From positions 11,036,001 through 11,100,000 of the forward strand of contig CP075496.1 in NCBI GenBank assembly GCA_021613535.1: a stretch of DNA of 64,000 bases. The letters run 5' to 3'. The stretch's first letter is position 1. The number at the start of each line of letters is the position of its first letter. The notes beneath the pieces were generated by a model. The model saw nothing but the letters and a program-made list of their open reading frames with translations, did not search any database and was not told where the DNA came from. Source of the DNA: Adineta vaga. Lineage: Eukaryota; Animalia; Rotifera. Positions 11,630 to 24,600 of this stretch are shown piece by piece. The translations under genes were made by a program, and so were the position numbers.

Positions 11630-14600
11630 TTAAACACCGGTATTTGTGATTCCAGCACGTGATGCACGAGGTTCTAGTTTTAATGAAAGAATATAACATT
11701 GATCTTCAGATAATAAACGTGATCTATCCATTAAATAAGCACATATATTTGAATTGTGTTTAATTTTAAATGATATGGATTGAAAACGACGAACTTCACT
11801 GATAATATGAGTTTTCTAAAAACAAAATCATAAAATAAAAATTTTGAAAATGATTTTCTCTCTAAAAGACGTCTAACAAATAAATAATGAAGTCTATTAT
11901 TACCATTCGCATTTTAGAAAAATTGATGAGATTTTCTTCTGACATATCTTGTGAACTTTCTTCAATAAAAGTCAGATCAGATAGATATAGACCAAGATAA
12001 GGTACACATGGTGGATCAACTCTATTAAATAGTAAAAACGAAAAGAATATATTGATTTAACATAATTATAAATCGCAAATTTTACTTTGTTAATGTATCA
12101 CGTAAATTTTTGAATTTTCCATCAGAATGTACAAGATTCTGTAATTTATTAATCACTTGTTTATTCTGTTTTGATATACGATCCCATGTTTGTTTTAAAC
12201 GATAAATTGAACTATTAACAAAAGCAGCCATGATTTGAAGAACGCCATTAAAATTTCGTAAGTAACGACATATATCAGCAATAGTACCTACAAAATACTC
12301 ATATGCATCACTTCTATAGAAATAAAAGAAAATTTCACCCCATTTTTCAATACATTGAACACGACCATTAATGGTCGATTGTGAAAGAATTTCTGTAATA
12401 ACTAAACGACACATCTAATTGAAAAACATAACTATGTTGTTCTTTTCCAATAGAATTTTGTTTTATTTACTTCATTAAATCGTCGAGATATGAGTGCAAC
12501 ATTAGGTGCTAAATCATCACGACCAGGTTTCATCCAGCCTTGTAAAATTAATTCTCTATTAGACAAACAAATCCGTTTAGTAAATAGATGGATTCAATGA
12601 AATTCGTTTTCTTCTTATCATACTCGCTATATAATGCACAAAATAATTTATGATCAATTAATGTCATTTGTTCAGCAATATCTGAAACAGCAACTTGATC
12701 AAATGTAATATCTGTAGTCTAGGTAAAGATTGATTTATAGAAATTATTGAGAGAAATTCAATTGATTTCTTACTTGTGTTGGATTAAGAATAATTCGTAA
12801 TTCGGCATCCTGTTGTTCAACTTCGTTTGTTTCTAATTGTTTTATAATTGCAGCAGCTGCTTTCTGTTCAGTTGCAATTAAATGACCATTTATCAACATA
12901 TCTTGTAAAAGTTCAAGAACCATCTAATATAAAATCATTAGAAAAATAGATAAATTTCTTATTTACATATCTACATACTTCTTTTAATTTCGGATTTTGA
13001 TGGAAATCCTATAGATAAATCAAATAGATTAGAATAAGTATTGAATTATAACACTTATACAAGTAGTTAAGAAAATATTAGGATGTGTAATGGAAAATTC
13101 TTGTAAAATATCTAGTATTTGTACAGTAAACGATTACATATGATTGAAATTGGATTTCGGAAGATAATAATCTATTGCCGAACATTATATACCTAGTTTC
13201 TCTCAGAAATGGTCTGACAAATTAATCTGTAGGAATTTGTTTGGGAAATAAAACGATGCAGAAAATTCGAATTTAATTCTTACTAAAGGATGTTTAGTTA
13301 GCCAATGTCTTAAAACATTGAGAACTCTCATTGTTGAAGCTGTATTAACAATCGTATAGTCATTTGTTTTTTGTTCTCTTAACGATGTTGCTAACGGATT
13401 ACTGACACTTGTTGATTGTGGTGATGCTGAACTTGGACCTAATATTATTTATGATAGAAAAATAAGAAAACATTCAAGAGAAATTAGTTTTTCTTCTTTA
13501 CCTGCACTATTAACTAATCTTTCATTTCGTGTCACTTTCGGTGATTCACCAGATGTAGCTACAGCAAATGCTTGTGTAGCAGCAACAGAACTCGTTCGAC
13601 GACGAGATGATCGCGATGATGTAACTACGACACCAGGTAGAACTTTTTTAAATGTTCCTTCAGCTGCATTACGTAAACTTTGTCGTGGTGACGAAAGTAC
13701 TTCACTCAAACGTTTAGCTAAATAAATCAAATGAAATTCTCAAATTTATGTTTATTTTCTTCATACAAAGCATGATAACATTTTGTGATGTCGTTTGATT
13801 TGATTGTGTATTTCCACTCGACGAATCAAGCCTTCCTCGCTGTTGTACAACTGTTGGACTATCAATTTTTTGAATTGGTAAAACTTTTGGTTCTTCCTAC
13901 ACACAAATAGAAGTAAAGACAGTAGATATAATTAAAATTTCAATTCAAGCAATATTATCATACCTGATCAGCACTAATAGTTTGACTATTGTCAGAAAAA
14001 TGGAGATGTTCGATATTTCGTGTTGGTTGTACAACGTCTAAATGCGTATTACTGGATATTCCCGATGATGGAAAATCAAAAAGAACTTCCAATGAATCGA
14101 ATTCACTTTTGGTTGTTTTACGACTCGATTGAGGACTTCGAAGGTTTTGCTCAGTTTTTGTTGATGAATGTTTGGCATTATTTTCTTGTTGATGATCATC
14201 ATGATTTAAAATATTGACATCAGAAAATGTTTCTGATGATGCAAGTGGTGCTAGTGGACGATGAGTTGTATCGACTGATTCATCAACATCCATTGATGGA
14301 ATTGTTGTTAATGATGGTAATGCTACAGTTGCTTCACTGGATTTTATAAACACTTCTAGTAAACGATATGGCATTTTTCTATTAGGCAAAAAAATGTTTC
14401 TCTATAAACTCATATGAACTAAGCTTATGCGAGTCAAGTTTAAATCATTTCTAGTGACTGAAAACGAGATAATCTCTTTCAAAAAGTGGATGTCTATTTT
14501 TTACTGATAAATTCGACTCGAACACTAAGTATTTAACGTTTTTAAAATGCTAAGATCAATTATTTAATCAGTAGATCAACTAACTTTTTTCAGTTGTTTT

Positions 14601-17600
14601 TGTAACTATTGTAGCAGTTGTAATAACTTCACTTTGTTCAATACCTATAAAAGTATGTAAAATAAAATCGTAGAGAATCTATTTATTTCATCACATACTT
14701 ATTCCTCGCCGAAATGATCCAATATGTGAATGTCTTCTTAAATCACGTTCTTGTTCCATACTAGTTTTCACTGATGTTTCAACAACTAAAATATCAATAA
14801 GTCGAATTTATCGATGAAAGTTACCAATGAAAAATCTAACCTGTTGAGATTCTTCTTGTCAATTCATTATCATGTTCATTAATTTTGATTGGTTTGTCTC
14901 TTAAAAACAATGTACACACAATAGAATTTCGAAATAAAATAATATTATAATACATACTTTTGTTGTTCATCCGTTTTTTGTATGTCTGCATCATTTGCAT
15001 GATCAAGTGATGTATGCGGTGATGATTTATAAATTCGTATCAATGTTTCCATAACTGTATAAGCATCGGTATATAATCTGTATGTTAATAGAAATGTATT
15101 TAAAAAATCAATTGATAAAAAACGTAAATCAGTTAAACGTTCGAATAAACGTGCAAGAGTTGCATGGCGAATCTACGAAATAAAATAGAATTAACAAATC
15201 TATCGTTATCAAAATGGAACAAAAATCTGTTTTATATTACTTGAGGAATTTTACATGAATCAAGCGTTTTAGAAAATTTGATTTTCGAATCATCTTTGTG
15301 TAATTTAACGTCACATCTAGGAGAGAGAGAAAGAGAAAGCAAATGTGTGAATAAAATATCTGTCAAGAAAATTCAATAGCAACAGTACTTAACAGATTCA
15401 GGAGCAATGACTGATGATTCATTACGAAATGTTGTTGTTACTAATTCTGTATAACGAAGATTTTGTAAACATTGTGCTATATCTGTACACCATCCTGATT
15501 TATGATTTTCATCATTAGCAACAAATGTTGTTGAATACGGTGTTTGGTCACGTGATTCAACAATTAATCGAAATAAACGATTAATATAAAGATTCAATTC
15601 ACCATTTTTATTATCGATTATATTCGAATTTGTATCATCAATACTATCTTCTTCGGAAACAGAAGCAAGTAAATTTTGTGGATCAGTACTGATATCTTCA
15701 ATGAGTGTTACATCAGTTAGTGGAATAACTCCACAACTCTAAAAGAGAATTCGTAAAAACAGTTTTTCATAGAAATCGTATAGATTTTTACTTTGACAAG
15801 ATGTAATTTTCCATTTGAAGCACGAGTAGTTATAACTAGATGATTTGAAAAAAGATAACATTGTACAACCATTTCATTTCGACGAATTTCTCGTTGAGTT
15901 AATCGTTGACCAAGATTTGCTTTGTTCTTATCACCAGTCCACAGAACAAGACCATCTAGTAAACGAAAACAGTACTTTATTAAAAGATCTTTCTTCGATT
16001 TACCTTGTCGACAAAGTACTTGATTAGCATCCAAAAGTACATCACATCCTTCAGCAATCGATCGTTCAATTGCTAAATTTGTTCGTATATTTTCAGTTTC
16101 AGACACTTCATCATGCATAATCTAATCATAAACAAAAGGAACAGATTACTTTTCCTAAAACTACGTTCATCTTTCGTACTTTGGAAAGTTCTTCAAGTTT
16201 ATCTTTAGCTTGTTCAAGTTTTTCTCGTTCAACATGTGCATGTGGTGTATGTGATAAACAATTCGCAAGTGTTATAATGTAATAAGGAATCTATTTAATG
16301 AAAAAAAAAAGAAGAAGAATATAAATTCTGAATGATTCGATTTCTTTCCTATTACATACTCGATTCATTGGTAAAACTAAAAGTGTTTCAAGTGATAAAC
16401 CTTCACATACAGGTTTCATTTCACATCGTTCAAGAAATTTACCAAATTCTGAATTACTTAATTTACATTCAATTAAATTCTAAATAGAATCAACAGAACA
16501 GATGTTTTCTTGTTTTATTTATCATTTCTCGTTTCTTACTTGTAAACTATAATGATGATTACGAACATATTCTAAATAAATATGTATCATGGATATGAAC
16601 ATATCGAATAGATCACCTAAAAATAGAAGAAGAATTTAATCACGAGATAGAAGTTGATTGAATTATACCGGTGTAAAATGTTGGCCAATTTTCTAATTTT
16701 TTTGATAAACCTTTATAGAAGATTTGATGCAAAAAAAGAATGATTTCACTAGGGAAATAGACAAATTTAATCAATATAAAATGATCAAAAGATAACAAAC
16801 CTGTTTAAAAAAATAGAATTAATATCATCATGTGTAACTGGTGGTTTCTTTGAACTTGCAGCTAGAAATAAAATAGAAAGTTATGTTGCTTATAAATAAT
16901 CAATGAGTAGATATCTTTACCCATTCGAAATGGTCGAACATAATTTGCAACAAGAATTTCTAATTGATGAACATATTCTCGTTCGCTTTCAACCAAATTG
17001 AAGATAATATTATTTCGTTTACGCATCATTTCAGCATGAGGAGAACTAAAGAAATATTCTCAATTCATTTTTTCATTATATAAATTTCAAATTCATTCTC
17101 TCTCTACGATTTATTCATGTATAGAACATCTATATTTCTTTATCATACCGTATATATTCTTCGACAATTCGTTTCCATCTTTGTCGATATAACCAACCAC
17201 GACAAAGACTTTGAACTTTTTTAATTTTTCGTATTTCTTCAGTATCTTCTTCAGCAGTACTTTTTGTACGTAACATATGATGTTGACGTCGATAAAGTGA
17301 TAACTAAAAAAAGACATTTTTCATACAAATTAAAAACCTATAAAATTGTTCTATTCACCTCACGACGTAATTCTCGAACTTCAGCTGAAAGTTCTTCAAC
17401 TTGTTGTAAATATTGATACTTTGTTTTTGCTTCACTTTCATAAACTTGAGATAAATGAAGATATTTTTGTTCGAGTTCTTCTTTTAATGATAAAAGTCGA
17501 TTATAACTAGAATAATTTGATTCAATGCGATTTATAAAACAAGATTTCTTTCAATACAAACCTGCATGTTTGTATACATTCAATCCATACTTGACAATCA

Positions 17601-19123
17601 TTTTCTGATTCAGCAGCAAATTCAGTCGCATTTCGACCATCACGTGAATACGAAATCGAAAAACAATTCTAATAAACAATCAAAAATTAATTTACATTAT
17701 CATCAGTGACATGATTCGGATATTGATTTGACTGATTTAATAAAAGAATTTCATACAGGTACATAGATGACAAATTAGTTTTCTTACAATACATCTCTCA
17801 ATGACAAATTACCTGTCCAATTCGTTTCATCGAATCAGACATTGGACGCAAGTACTTCTAAGCACTTTATTATTTTAGTCTTATTATTCCTTCATATCAT
17901 GATTGATGTATAAACATAGAAGTCATTTTAATTCCTTTCTCAACAGCTTCAAAACGGTACTCTTTGTTTTTCAATCGGAATAGTTTCTTGTTGGAAAACC
18001 CAAAGTACTTAAGAAAATTTTCCTCTTTTAAAAATGATAAGAAAAATTTCAAATGCTTTGAGTTTCCAAACGAGAAACTATTTGGATTGATAAACAAAGA
18101 ATACCGTTTTGTAGCCGTTGAGAAGTCGATCAAAATGACTAGTACGGTTATACATCAATCATGATATGAAAGAATAATAAGACTAAAATAATAAAGTACT
18201 TGCGTCTAATATTTGTTCGTTAATAAGTATATTCTAATTGAATAAAGAACATTTCTACACACTAGAAAGACCTTCAGTAATGCATACAAAATTGTATATT
18301 GATCAAAGAGTATATCACATAGTTTTAGTCAAGCTATTATTTAAAATAAAAACTTGAATATTTCATCAATGAGTCAGAATGTCGTCATGTCACTCGATTG
18401 TACTCATTAAATTGTTTTGACTTTCTCAGATGTCTCAAACGATTAGTTGTTGTTTTTAGTAATAGAAAAACTATGATTTATATTCCAGATGAAATTACAA
18501 CTTTCTCTTTACTGCTAGTAATTTCCTTTGAGAAGAGAAGAATGTCCTGAGTTTTCATAATTGTCGGTTGAGATAATCGTAAAAAAACTATTTTTAGAAT
18601 TATTTCGAAAAATAATTGATTTAGTTTTCTTTAAATTAATCAATTCTAACTAATATATGGTTAACTGATTTTAAGTAATGAAAAAAAGAAGTAGAAAACT
18701 TACGAGTTTTTCTCCATCTTTACTATTTTTTGCTGGTGATCTTGATGAATAGCAACTTTCGAGAAAATAAACGCCTTGTGGTTTCGATGAATTGACATTT
18801 TCATAATAGAAAAGTAAATTTTGATAGAGAACAAACCATTTTAATTGCCACTTATGTGGTGATGATGATGGATCTTGTCCACCACGTCGTGATAAATATC
18901 CACATTCACGATTTTCTAATCGTGCTTTTATTGCTAAATTAAGTAAATGATCTTCATTTACTTTAAACGATGTTCGTGTCATTAAAATTGTTGGAAAATT
19001 TTTTAATGGAGACCAAGAATCTGATGATGCCATACGTGTTCGTTGATTATTATTATTGTTTGTTGTTTGTTGTAAATTTGAACTAGTTGGCGATTGCATC
19101 GATATTAATAATGATGACAACAT
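11630..19123 (-). CDS. RASGRF: Ras guanine-nucleotide releasing factor (PH-CC-IQ-DH-PH-REM-CDC25), >20 exons
   Basis: N-terminal PH ([18 protein letters not shown]), IQ motif ([18 protein letters not shown]), DH/PH junction [42 protein letters not shown]25 domain ([36 protein letters not shown]). Ends [18 protein letters not shown] at 11630. Confidence 0.95.
17841..18210. mobile_element. ~370-bp imperfect palindrome (foldback/MITE-like element) in a RasGRF intron
   Basis: Left arm ATTGGACGCAAGTACT..TTATTATTTTAGTCTTATTATTCCTTCATATCATGATTGATG is the reverse complement of the right arm CATCAATCATGATATGAAAGAATAATAAGACTAAAATAATAAAGTACTTGCGTCTAAT. Symmetry continues to a TTTTAAAA centre at ~18026-18033. 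Confidence 0.8.
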
Positions 19124-21691
19124 AAGGTGAGAAAATATAATTCATGAGGGAAATTTATACTTAATAAATATATTTATCTAAACGAGTATTCAATAGTAAT
19201 TCAATTCTGAAGAAATATCTTGCTCTATGAAATAAGGAATAGAATCATGCATGGAAAAGTATGATAGAAAGAAAAAAGCATTCTTTTATGTCATGTTTTT
19301 TTTTAGTTGAGTTGACTTGCCATACGACTATATAGTAATAAATGTTCGTAGATTCTTTTTTTGTGTCCTATATGACATCTTATTTTATTTTTGAGAAAGG
19401 CTTCTAATATCCTATTTATCAATTTTGGAAAAAATTATTAATTATCGATTAAAAGAGAAGAGAATTATTTACACAACGTGCCGATACAAAACTTTCATTG
19501 TCAATAAAACTAATTGAAAGATTAATAGTACACATCAACTACCTGACATACATCCATAATCTCTCATTGAATCTTTGATATATTGAGTACTTTAACACTT
19601 GATCTTTTTCTTCTAATCTAAATTAAGAAAAATTCCGAAAAAGAATTGAATCTATATTGACACTATATTGTTGAATTAATTAAATAAATAGAATGTCAAA
19701 TAAATTCATAGACATACATCTCGACAGATCTTTCTTCGTTGAAATAGTTGTTAAGAATATGTGTGTGTGTCGGAAATAAAACTAGTCGTGAACATCTCTT
19801 ACTATTTTCTTTTCTCTAGAAAGCTCTTCATTCCAAACATAGGTTAATATAATCACTCATCTGACTGGTTTTGTTGTTACTTTAGCTTATCTATAATTAA
19901 CTGAAGTGAATACATATCGATGCAGAATTCCGTTTCTATTTGAACAATTTGTTAACTCTGTACCATCTTATTTCCTTGTTAATCTTTACCAACTGCAAAT
20001 GAAATCAATTTCACACATATTTATATAGTATCTCTATATTCTTCTTTAGGGATATAAACAGAAAGAAAACATGAGATCACTTTTCCTTTCGAATGAGTAT
20101 TTTCTCGGCTATTTCTGTTATATTTTTCTTATAATTGAACTACATACTGTAATAATAATAAATGACAGTAGATATGTATGGATATAAAATAATCATAAAT
20201 ATTAGAGACTGCATTGGAGGAAATTCACTGGGGGAATCTTCTTGCTACAACAGTAGTCTCGTTACTTCCGCTAGCAAACGGCACGCGAATGATTTTGATT
20301 GTTATCAACTAGAGAAATGAATGTAAGTCTGAAGAAAGAAAACAGCGATTTTCTTTTGATTCATAGGATGAAGAAAGAACTGATTTGGTTAACAAAAGCT
20401 TAATTGAAATTAAACCAGAAGTGTAAAAATAGTCTTCATTTGAATAATATGAACACAACTAGTCTACATAAATTTTAAATAGAAATTTATTTTTTAATTT
20501 GTTAAACAACATTCCAATAATGGTAATGTAGTTTTGATAGATTAATTAGACAAATTATAAGGTATACGGGCATTTACTTGTTTCTTCACATTTAAAACAA
20601 ACCTTTTCATTACAAATAATCAATGCATAGGAAATTCTTGCCTGACAAATGTTTCTTTGTTTCAAAACTTCAAATCCTTATTATATATTTCTTATCCAAA
20701 TAATATAGTCTTAGAGAACAATTTGCTCTGCCAATTATACTACTGTTTACTTGATGGAAAGAGAGGAAACAAGGCTAATGATGACGAAAAATATGTTTTA
20801 CAAACCTAATCAAATTCATCAGTAGTTTTTCTCTATGCTTTTGCGAAAAACAATCCCGTGTAACATGTCGAAATGATGTGATGAATAAGACGCACAATAT
20901 CTAAACTTTCATAGTTTAAAGAATTATAAGAATGCAAGTAAAAACCATTATTATCATCTTCATCTAATATTCTTTCTCTTCCTACTTGAAGAAACAAATG
21001 CAACACATTGAACAGAGAACGAGCAAATGTATGCTGTCGCACGCATGCTACTTTCACTGATAATTATGACAAAAAAGAAAATAGAAAAAGAAGAAGACGA
21101 CGAAGAAGAAGAAAAAGCACAATTGTAATCAGAAAAAAAGGAGATAGGAAGAAAAAGAGGGAATCAAAAAGTAAACCTTATATACATGCCGAATCTTTAG
21201 AAATACTTTCACTTCATTGACTGGTGGTAGGTAGGAACAATGAAGTCTGATGATAACCCTTGATTAAACGAATTGGTATTAATCCATTCTATCCATGTTA
21301 TTAAATATAATCATTAGAAATCATTGATTAAACAGGAAATATTTGTCGTGATCACATTGAAAATATTCTCTGAGGTATTAATTATTTTGCAAGGTTATTC
21401 GACTAGTTTTTTCTTTCTCTATTCTATTATTCATTAGATGTCTGACAACATTTTTCCTGTGACAAGTATATTATATGTAAATATCATTGAACTTATTGAT
21501 TTTTAAATACATTCATCCCAATGAGATTTATTTTATATACAAACATGCAAACAAGAGACAAATTTATAAGAAAAAGTTTGTTCTTCTTTTGTACATCTGA
21601 CTAAAGGAAGAATTTGTTTTGAATTCAATGAATATCTATCTGACCCGTTGAAAAGATTCGTTCTTTTTCGTTTGTTTTGAGGTGAACATTT

Positions 21692-24600
21692 TTAAAAATG
21701 AACTTCAGTTGGAGTCGCTATTGGTATTCCATTGGTAACACCAGAAAGAACATCACGACTGATTTGTTTCATAAGTTCTTGAGTTTTACGACGATTTCGA
21801 CGGGCAGCATCAGCGCGTAAATATGGCGCCTTTTTAAGATCTATATATACGTATATCAAATGAATAAAGTACTGTTTCTAGAGTATTTTCTTACCATCTA
21901 ATAAAGTTTCGATTGTTCCATCGGTTAATGCTTCACGTTTTATTAATTTTTGATCTTTAATTGCTTCCTTTCGACCTTTTAGTTCATTTAATAATTCTTC
22001 CTAAAGTACCAAGGAAAAAAATGATCGATGAATTCAAATTATTGAGAGAAAAGCAAAGTCGAATAAAAGAAAGGATATATTGGAGAAAAGAAATAGATAC
22101 ATATGTAAATAAAATTAGATATCACAAGCAGAAATCTATACGAGTTACCTGGAGTATGACAAGATCATTTGCCTGCTCAGTTTATATTTAGATTTATTTC
22201 ATAAGAAACATAATCCAAAGAAATTTACCTGTGAACGTTTATTTATTGTACGTTTATTAGGTCTTTCAAGTGTTGCAGCTGCTTCACGGGCGAGACGTTT
22301 TCGTTCAGCATTATCATGACGTGCTTGCTAAATAAAAACAAAAGACTTTTATTTTTCTGTAATCATTTAATCTTCAAATGAAACAAACTTGATATGCTCG
22401 TTGAAATTTCACAAAAGTTGAAAAGAAATTCGATGGTGTTTGTGTACGTGGTGTTTCACCTGGAATTAAACAATCATCTTTTACAACCCCAAAGAAAACA
22501 ACATCAATTCGTTACTCTTACCGAAATATTCAACACATTGATTGAATGCGTCTTGTGCTGATTTGGCATCCTTTACTAATCGATCGATTTTATCTTGTGC
22601 TACACTAAGAAATTCTTCTAATGGACGTGTTTCAGCATTCTAAATCATAAGATATATTTAATTTTAATCGTTTTTTCTCTGTCACTATCTATTGACCTTC
22701 ATTGTTTGTCGAATGACAAGTTCTTTCTTTGCATTATCTAGACCACGTGTTAAATCTTGAACATCAATTTGAATATTTTCCAACGAAACTAAATGTAAAT
22801 TACTAGTTTTAAATCATGTTTAATTATGCCTTTCTTCCATCATTTCAGACAGAAATTTCCTGCACGAGCAAGTAATATTTATTGTGTGAAATAACAGGAA
22901 GAAAAGTAATTTATTTGAATTTGTTAGGTTTCATTTACAACTTAAGGAAGATACCTGAGAAAAACATGACGAAAAGATGCATCCCTAATCTTAAGAATAT
23001 GATTCTAGCACTAGTTCGATTTTTATAAATCTATCATCACCACCAGCTATCATTTAATATTAAAATTAGTCGTATCATTTTTTCTACTGAACTCCCAATA
23101 GATTTCCACTGGTGAAGCATTTCTTCGATTAGAAAACTCATATAATATTGATGATTTCGATAAAAATGATTACACTAAGGACATATTAAGAACATTGTAA
23201 ATGATCTGGTTCATCTCATCGTTGACAGTATCAATATATATTAATAAACGCCTACATATATTATATTTCTTTTACCTTGTGCAGCTTTTTCTACTGCTTG
23301 AAGATCTGCATCAAAACGACTAACATCTGTAAAACGTTCTTCAATTGTTTGGACAATGAAATGGAGTAATGTTAAACGTTTATCATGTGTACGTGTATCA
23401 GTTAACTAATCAAGAAAAATCAATAAATGAAAAGAGAAAACGTTTGAAAACAACAAGTATTTACAATTTCCAAACTTGCTAATTTAAAACCATAAACTGG
23501 TCCACGTTTACTACTGTTCATATAATTACCAAACGCAAGTACAATCTAAATAAAAGAATGTTATATAGAACGAAGTTAATATAAGAAAATGATGAAATTA
23601 CTTCAAGAAGTTTTTTAAATTTTGAATTATTCTTTAATGATGATGAGGCGGTGATAACAGCTTTTAATTGTGGAATTAAATTTTGATTGATTTCATTGAA
23701 ATTAGCCATAAAAGAGATGACATTTAATTTCTGTGCTAATCGTTCGATTTTTGATAGCTAAAAGAAAATGATAATGAGTAGAATGAGTTGAATGGGACGC
23801 AAAAAAAGATCATCTTTACTCCATAGAGAAATCGATCTTCATCAGATAGATTTGTTAATGATTTTCCATCAGCTAGATAAGATGTAAATGCTTTTGTTTC
23901 ACTTTCTGTTGGTATAAAATGTTGTAAAATATCAATGGTATCAGTAGTTAAGATTTTTAAGTCAAGACTGAAATCGAATAGTTTAGAAATTAAATCTTCA
24001 ATGTATTCAATGAACATACTTATTCAATGCTCGTGCGATTGTATTCACATTCAGATCAAGTTTTCGTCGAGCGATACCTTTAATGAGAAGAAGAAGAAGA
24101 AAAAACATTTGATTATTTCTCGAATATTTATTTTCTATTGTACCTAAATTTCTTTGTCGTTGTGGATCGAGTAATGTTAAACTTTCTGGAACTTTGATGA
24201 ATTTCTGTTTTAAATGTGGACTAACGTTTGCTTGATTAACAGGCAAACCCGATCCTGTTTTAAATAACTCTTCAAATGTTTCAAAATCAATTAACTAATA
24301 GAAGAAAAATTATTTGATTAATATAAGTTATGTATTGAAATAAACTTTCTACTTTGAGATATTTTTCATCATCAAGTTCAGAAAAAACGGTACCGCGAAC
24401 TTGACCAGGTTTTAACGACGTCCAATTAAGATTAGGTAATTTGTATTTCGTTTGAATTTTCTTTTTTATAGTCATCGATCCAGGAAGTGGTTCAAGCATA
24501 CCCGGTGGCGGTGGTGGTACACCAAACATTGGTGGTGGCTAATAAAATTAAGACAATAGATAAATTTACAAGCAAATGACTTAACATACCGGTCCGGGAG

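Noticed and set aside
13193-13226. 34-nt AG/GT-flanked segment with an in-frame stop in a RasGRF intron (poison exon)
   Set aside because: Splice-like dinucleotides are common here and nothing else supports it.
17897-18164. Two similar antiparallel short ORFs as a duplicated peptide gene pair
   Set aside because: Both start at TTG and their similarity follows automatically from the DNA palindrome. Not called as CDS.
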